Source of the DNA: Octopus sinensis | Lineage: Eukaryota | Direction: 5' to 3' | Length of the DNA: 24,060 nucleotides | NCBI RefSeq assembly: GCF_006345805.1 | Contig: NW_021836473.1 | Coordinates: 1-24,060, forward strand | Shown here: positions 21,421 to 24,060 of the stretch, piece by piece | Layout: each line of letters starts with the position of its first letter | Position numbering within the stretch: position 1 is the first letter of the stretch | The notes under the pieces: generated by a model | Told to the model about the DNA's origin: nothing | The model's input: only the letters and a program-made list of their open reading frames with translations | Databases searched by the model: none | Position numbers and translations under genes: made by a program

Positions 21421-22411
21421 TATCACCGATTGTGATATAAAAAGAAAACAGAAAATAAATAAAACAGAAAATGAATAAATAAATAAGTTAAATTCATAAA
21501 CAGAATATAAAAAAAATAATTAAACAAACAAATAAATATGACCTCAAGAATGAGCTTATTTCTTTATTTACTTATAATTCCAATCGTTTCTTCTCCTCTT
21601 AGTCCAGGTCTTGTTTCAGTTCCTATCGTTACTGCTGCCGCTGATATCATTGTTGTTAATTCAACGACGTATTCTTAGGACTCTTAAAAAATCAACGCAT
21701 TTCTTTTACATGTTTAACTCCTTTTCCTTTTCCTTTCTCCCTTTTTTTTTCTACTTCTTCTTTTAACTCGCTTATGTTATCATCCGTGTGCATGACATGA
21801 TCTATTACGATCAGTTCGCTAAATATCTATTTAAAATTCATCATATAACTTCTAATTTCCGAATCTCATTCCTTATTTCACGTGAGTAGTTTACATGAAT
21901 GGAAACAACTACATTATCAAGACAAGAAAAGAAATTTAAAAATAAAAAACAAAAAAAAACAATGAATAAAGCGAAACAAAGCAAAACAAACAACATACCT
22001 GACATTTACTTCTTTTTATTGAAATTTATTTATTCTTTTTTTTTTCTTCTTGCGGTGGTGGAGATTATTTCAAACGAGGTGCAAATCATTCATAATCCAT
22101 GTGATTAAAGATTACTTAACGATTTCTGCAATTTGAAAAAGAAAAAAAGAAAATTTCCTTCGCATTAATAATCTATGACGCAATTTCTATCAAAACCAAA
22201 TCCAAATAACAAAATATGCCATCGTTATTCGCAAAACCTACTAAGTTCCTCGACTCCCGAACTAGATCGGAGTCTTTTCGGTCGCTTAATAAAAAGATCG
22301 CCACCAACATAAGGGCGGGAGCAAAATTTGCTTTGGGATTGAAGTGCAAACACAGGTTCAAAAATTTTTACAAACAAGGTTGATTTTTTTCCAATTTCCA
22401 ATCTTTTTTTC

Positions 22412-22672
22412 AGGCGTAGGCGTGGCTGTGTGGTAACAAGCTTGCTTCCCAACCTTGTGGTTCCAGATTCAGTCCTACAGCGGGGCACTGCGGCTGGTTT
22501 ATTTGTGTCCCTGTAACTTAGTGGTTCAGCAAAAAAAAAAAAAAAAAAATCAAAACGATACAATAAGTACTAAGCTTATAAAGAATAAATCCTGGGGTCG
22601 GTTTCATCGACTAAAACCATTTAAGCCGGTGTTCCAGCATGGCCGCAGTCAAAAAACTGAAACAAATATAAA
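22412..22672 (+). mobile_element. SINE family A variant with a large internal deletion
   Basis: Head AGGCGTAGGCGTGGCTGTGTGG joined almost directly to the 3' body, ending CCAGCATGGCCGCAGTC. Confidence 0.8.
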
Positions 22673-22708
22673 ATTTTTTTAATAAATATAAAAACAAATG
22701 CAGTTATA

Positions 22709-23768
22709 ACAAGAGCACTCAGAGAGTGCAAACCTCCGCCAAGGCATCACCAACATCCTCTAAACGATTAACCAGAGATTATTTTTAGAATGAGAATATC
22801 TGAAATAAACTCTACTGCTCTCACAAATGAGAATACTGAAAATGAACCTGACCGCTCTCAAAAATTAAGTAAGAAAAAACAATGAAAAATAATCCAGAAT
22901 CCTTGTCCGGTACTGGATCGATCCCAATGGTAGTCATGGAATGTGAAGGTGGGTGTGTGGGCCGTGTTTGTAATGCAGTATGTGTCATCTGCAGTGGGAA
23001 CAGGGACAGTTTTCTCTATGAAGGCCTTTTCTTTTAGTCTATCCACTAATATAGTGTCTATACGATCAATGATGTCTATAGTGAAAAATTTATCTGTCCA
23101 TGGAAGAAAATGGAAAGGACCTGCATACGGTGCTGTTAATGGAGGTTTAGCAACATCATTGCACACAAAAACCGGAGTCGAAGAAGTAAAGCTTCCTTCA
23201 AGGCAGAGCTAGAAATGCAGTTGTCAAGTGGGTAAGAGGTTTTAAACAGGAACGATATATTCAAAATTGGTAAAGCTAAAAATTGCCGAGGATAAATTAA
23301 ATTTATTATTGTTACTGAATATGTTAGTGTTATTTAATTTCTGAATGGTTTTGCTGTCGTTTGTTATGTAGTTTGATTTCTTTATCCATCAGTTTCTACT
23401 AAGATAGAGACGCGAATAGAATTAATAATAGAGAAACGAAAATAAAACTTTGGAAGCAGCAATGACGCCATAACTTACGTAGAAACCATGTGCGTGCTTT
23501 CAAGGGAGATAATCAGGGAAAGACTTGAAAGTGAACTTAAGATCGTAATACCTCATGTAAAGTAAATATAACAAATAATCCAGAATCCTTGTCCGGTACT
23601 GGATTGATCACAAAATGTAATCAGTTCGTGCCAGTCACGAGGCCAAACATCCCTGAAAGTTTCATCCGAATTCATCCAGCAGTTCTTGAGATATCTTGTC
23701 CACAGACAAACAAAGAAACAAACACAACTGAAAACAATACCTTCACTTTCGCTAAGGCGGAAGTAATA
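22709..23768 (-). mobile_element. Helentron/Helitron2-type non-autonomous element, split by a ~645-bp foreign segment
   Basis: Terminal hairpin GCACTC-AGA-GAGTGC (22715-22729) next to ACCTCCGCCAA (22732-22742); imperfect inverted partner AAGGCGGAAGT (23754-23764); 41-nt internal direct repeat at 22887-22927 and 23573-23613. Confidence 0.55.
23020..23208 (-). pseudogene. Ty3/Gypsy integrase C-terminal (GPY/F module) fragment
   Basis: PVFVCNDVAKPPLTAPYAGPFHFLPWTDKFFTIDIIDRIDTILVDRLKEKAF fits the VFVRxDxVxxPLxxPYxGPF...DTVSxDRLKxAF pattern. Confidence 0.8.
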
Positions 23769-23769
23769 A

Positions 23770-23980
23770 TAGTTTCAAAATTTGACACAAAGCCAGCAAT
23801 TTCACGTTAGGAGGTAAGTCGATTACATCAACCCCAGTATTCAAATGATACTCTTTTTTATCAACTCTGAAAGGATGAAAGGCAAAGTCGACCTCGACGG
23901 AATTTGAAAATAGAACGTAAAGACAGACGAAATGCCGCTAAGCATTCTACCCGGCGCTGTAACGATTCTGCAACGCGCCT
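23770..23980 (-). mobile_element. Old SINE family B copy; another related copy begins at ~23985 and runs off the window
   Basis: GAAAGGATGAAAGGCAAAGTCGACCTCG..GGAATTTGAA is the reverse complement of the family B core at 8515-8555. Confidence 0.8.
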
Positions 23981-24060
23981 TAAACACACGTATGATAATC
24001 CTTTCTACTTTAGGTACAAAGCCTGAAATTTAGATGAGGGAACTAATCGATTACATCAGT

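Overview
AT-rich, repeat-dense animal DNA. The SINE families and microsatellite load look like an octopus or other coleoid cephalopod (inferred from recognising the repeats, not from a search). I found no credible host exon, so the window is probably intergenic or intronic. The main feature is a 5'-truncated Penelope-like retroelement (PLE) on the minus strand (~16292-20090), bounded by (TA)n tracts. It has an RT with a YRDD motif, two Asn-rich linkers and a C-terminal GIY-YIG endonuclease preceded by CxCx5Cx5C. Its ~1.7 kb 3' region ends in a complete type I hammerhead ribozyme with an unusually long (60 nt) stem II. Four more degenerate hammerhead-like cores lie between 14560 and 20290, all on the minus strand, suggesting a nest of different PLE families. 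The rest of the window holds two tRNA-headed SINE families, an RTE-LINE RT remnant split by a SINE, Helitron/Helentron-type non-autonomous elements (one containing a Gypsy integrase fragment), a TA-flanked MITE, two long fold-back hairpins and large microsatellite blocks. Apart from the PLE, Gypsy and RTE pieces, the supplied ORFs are microsatellite, SINE or antisense artefacts.
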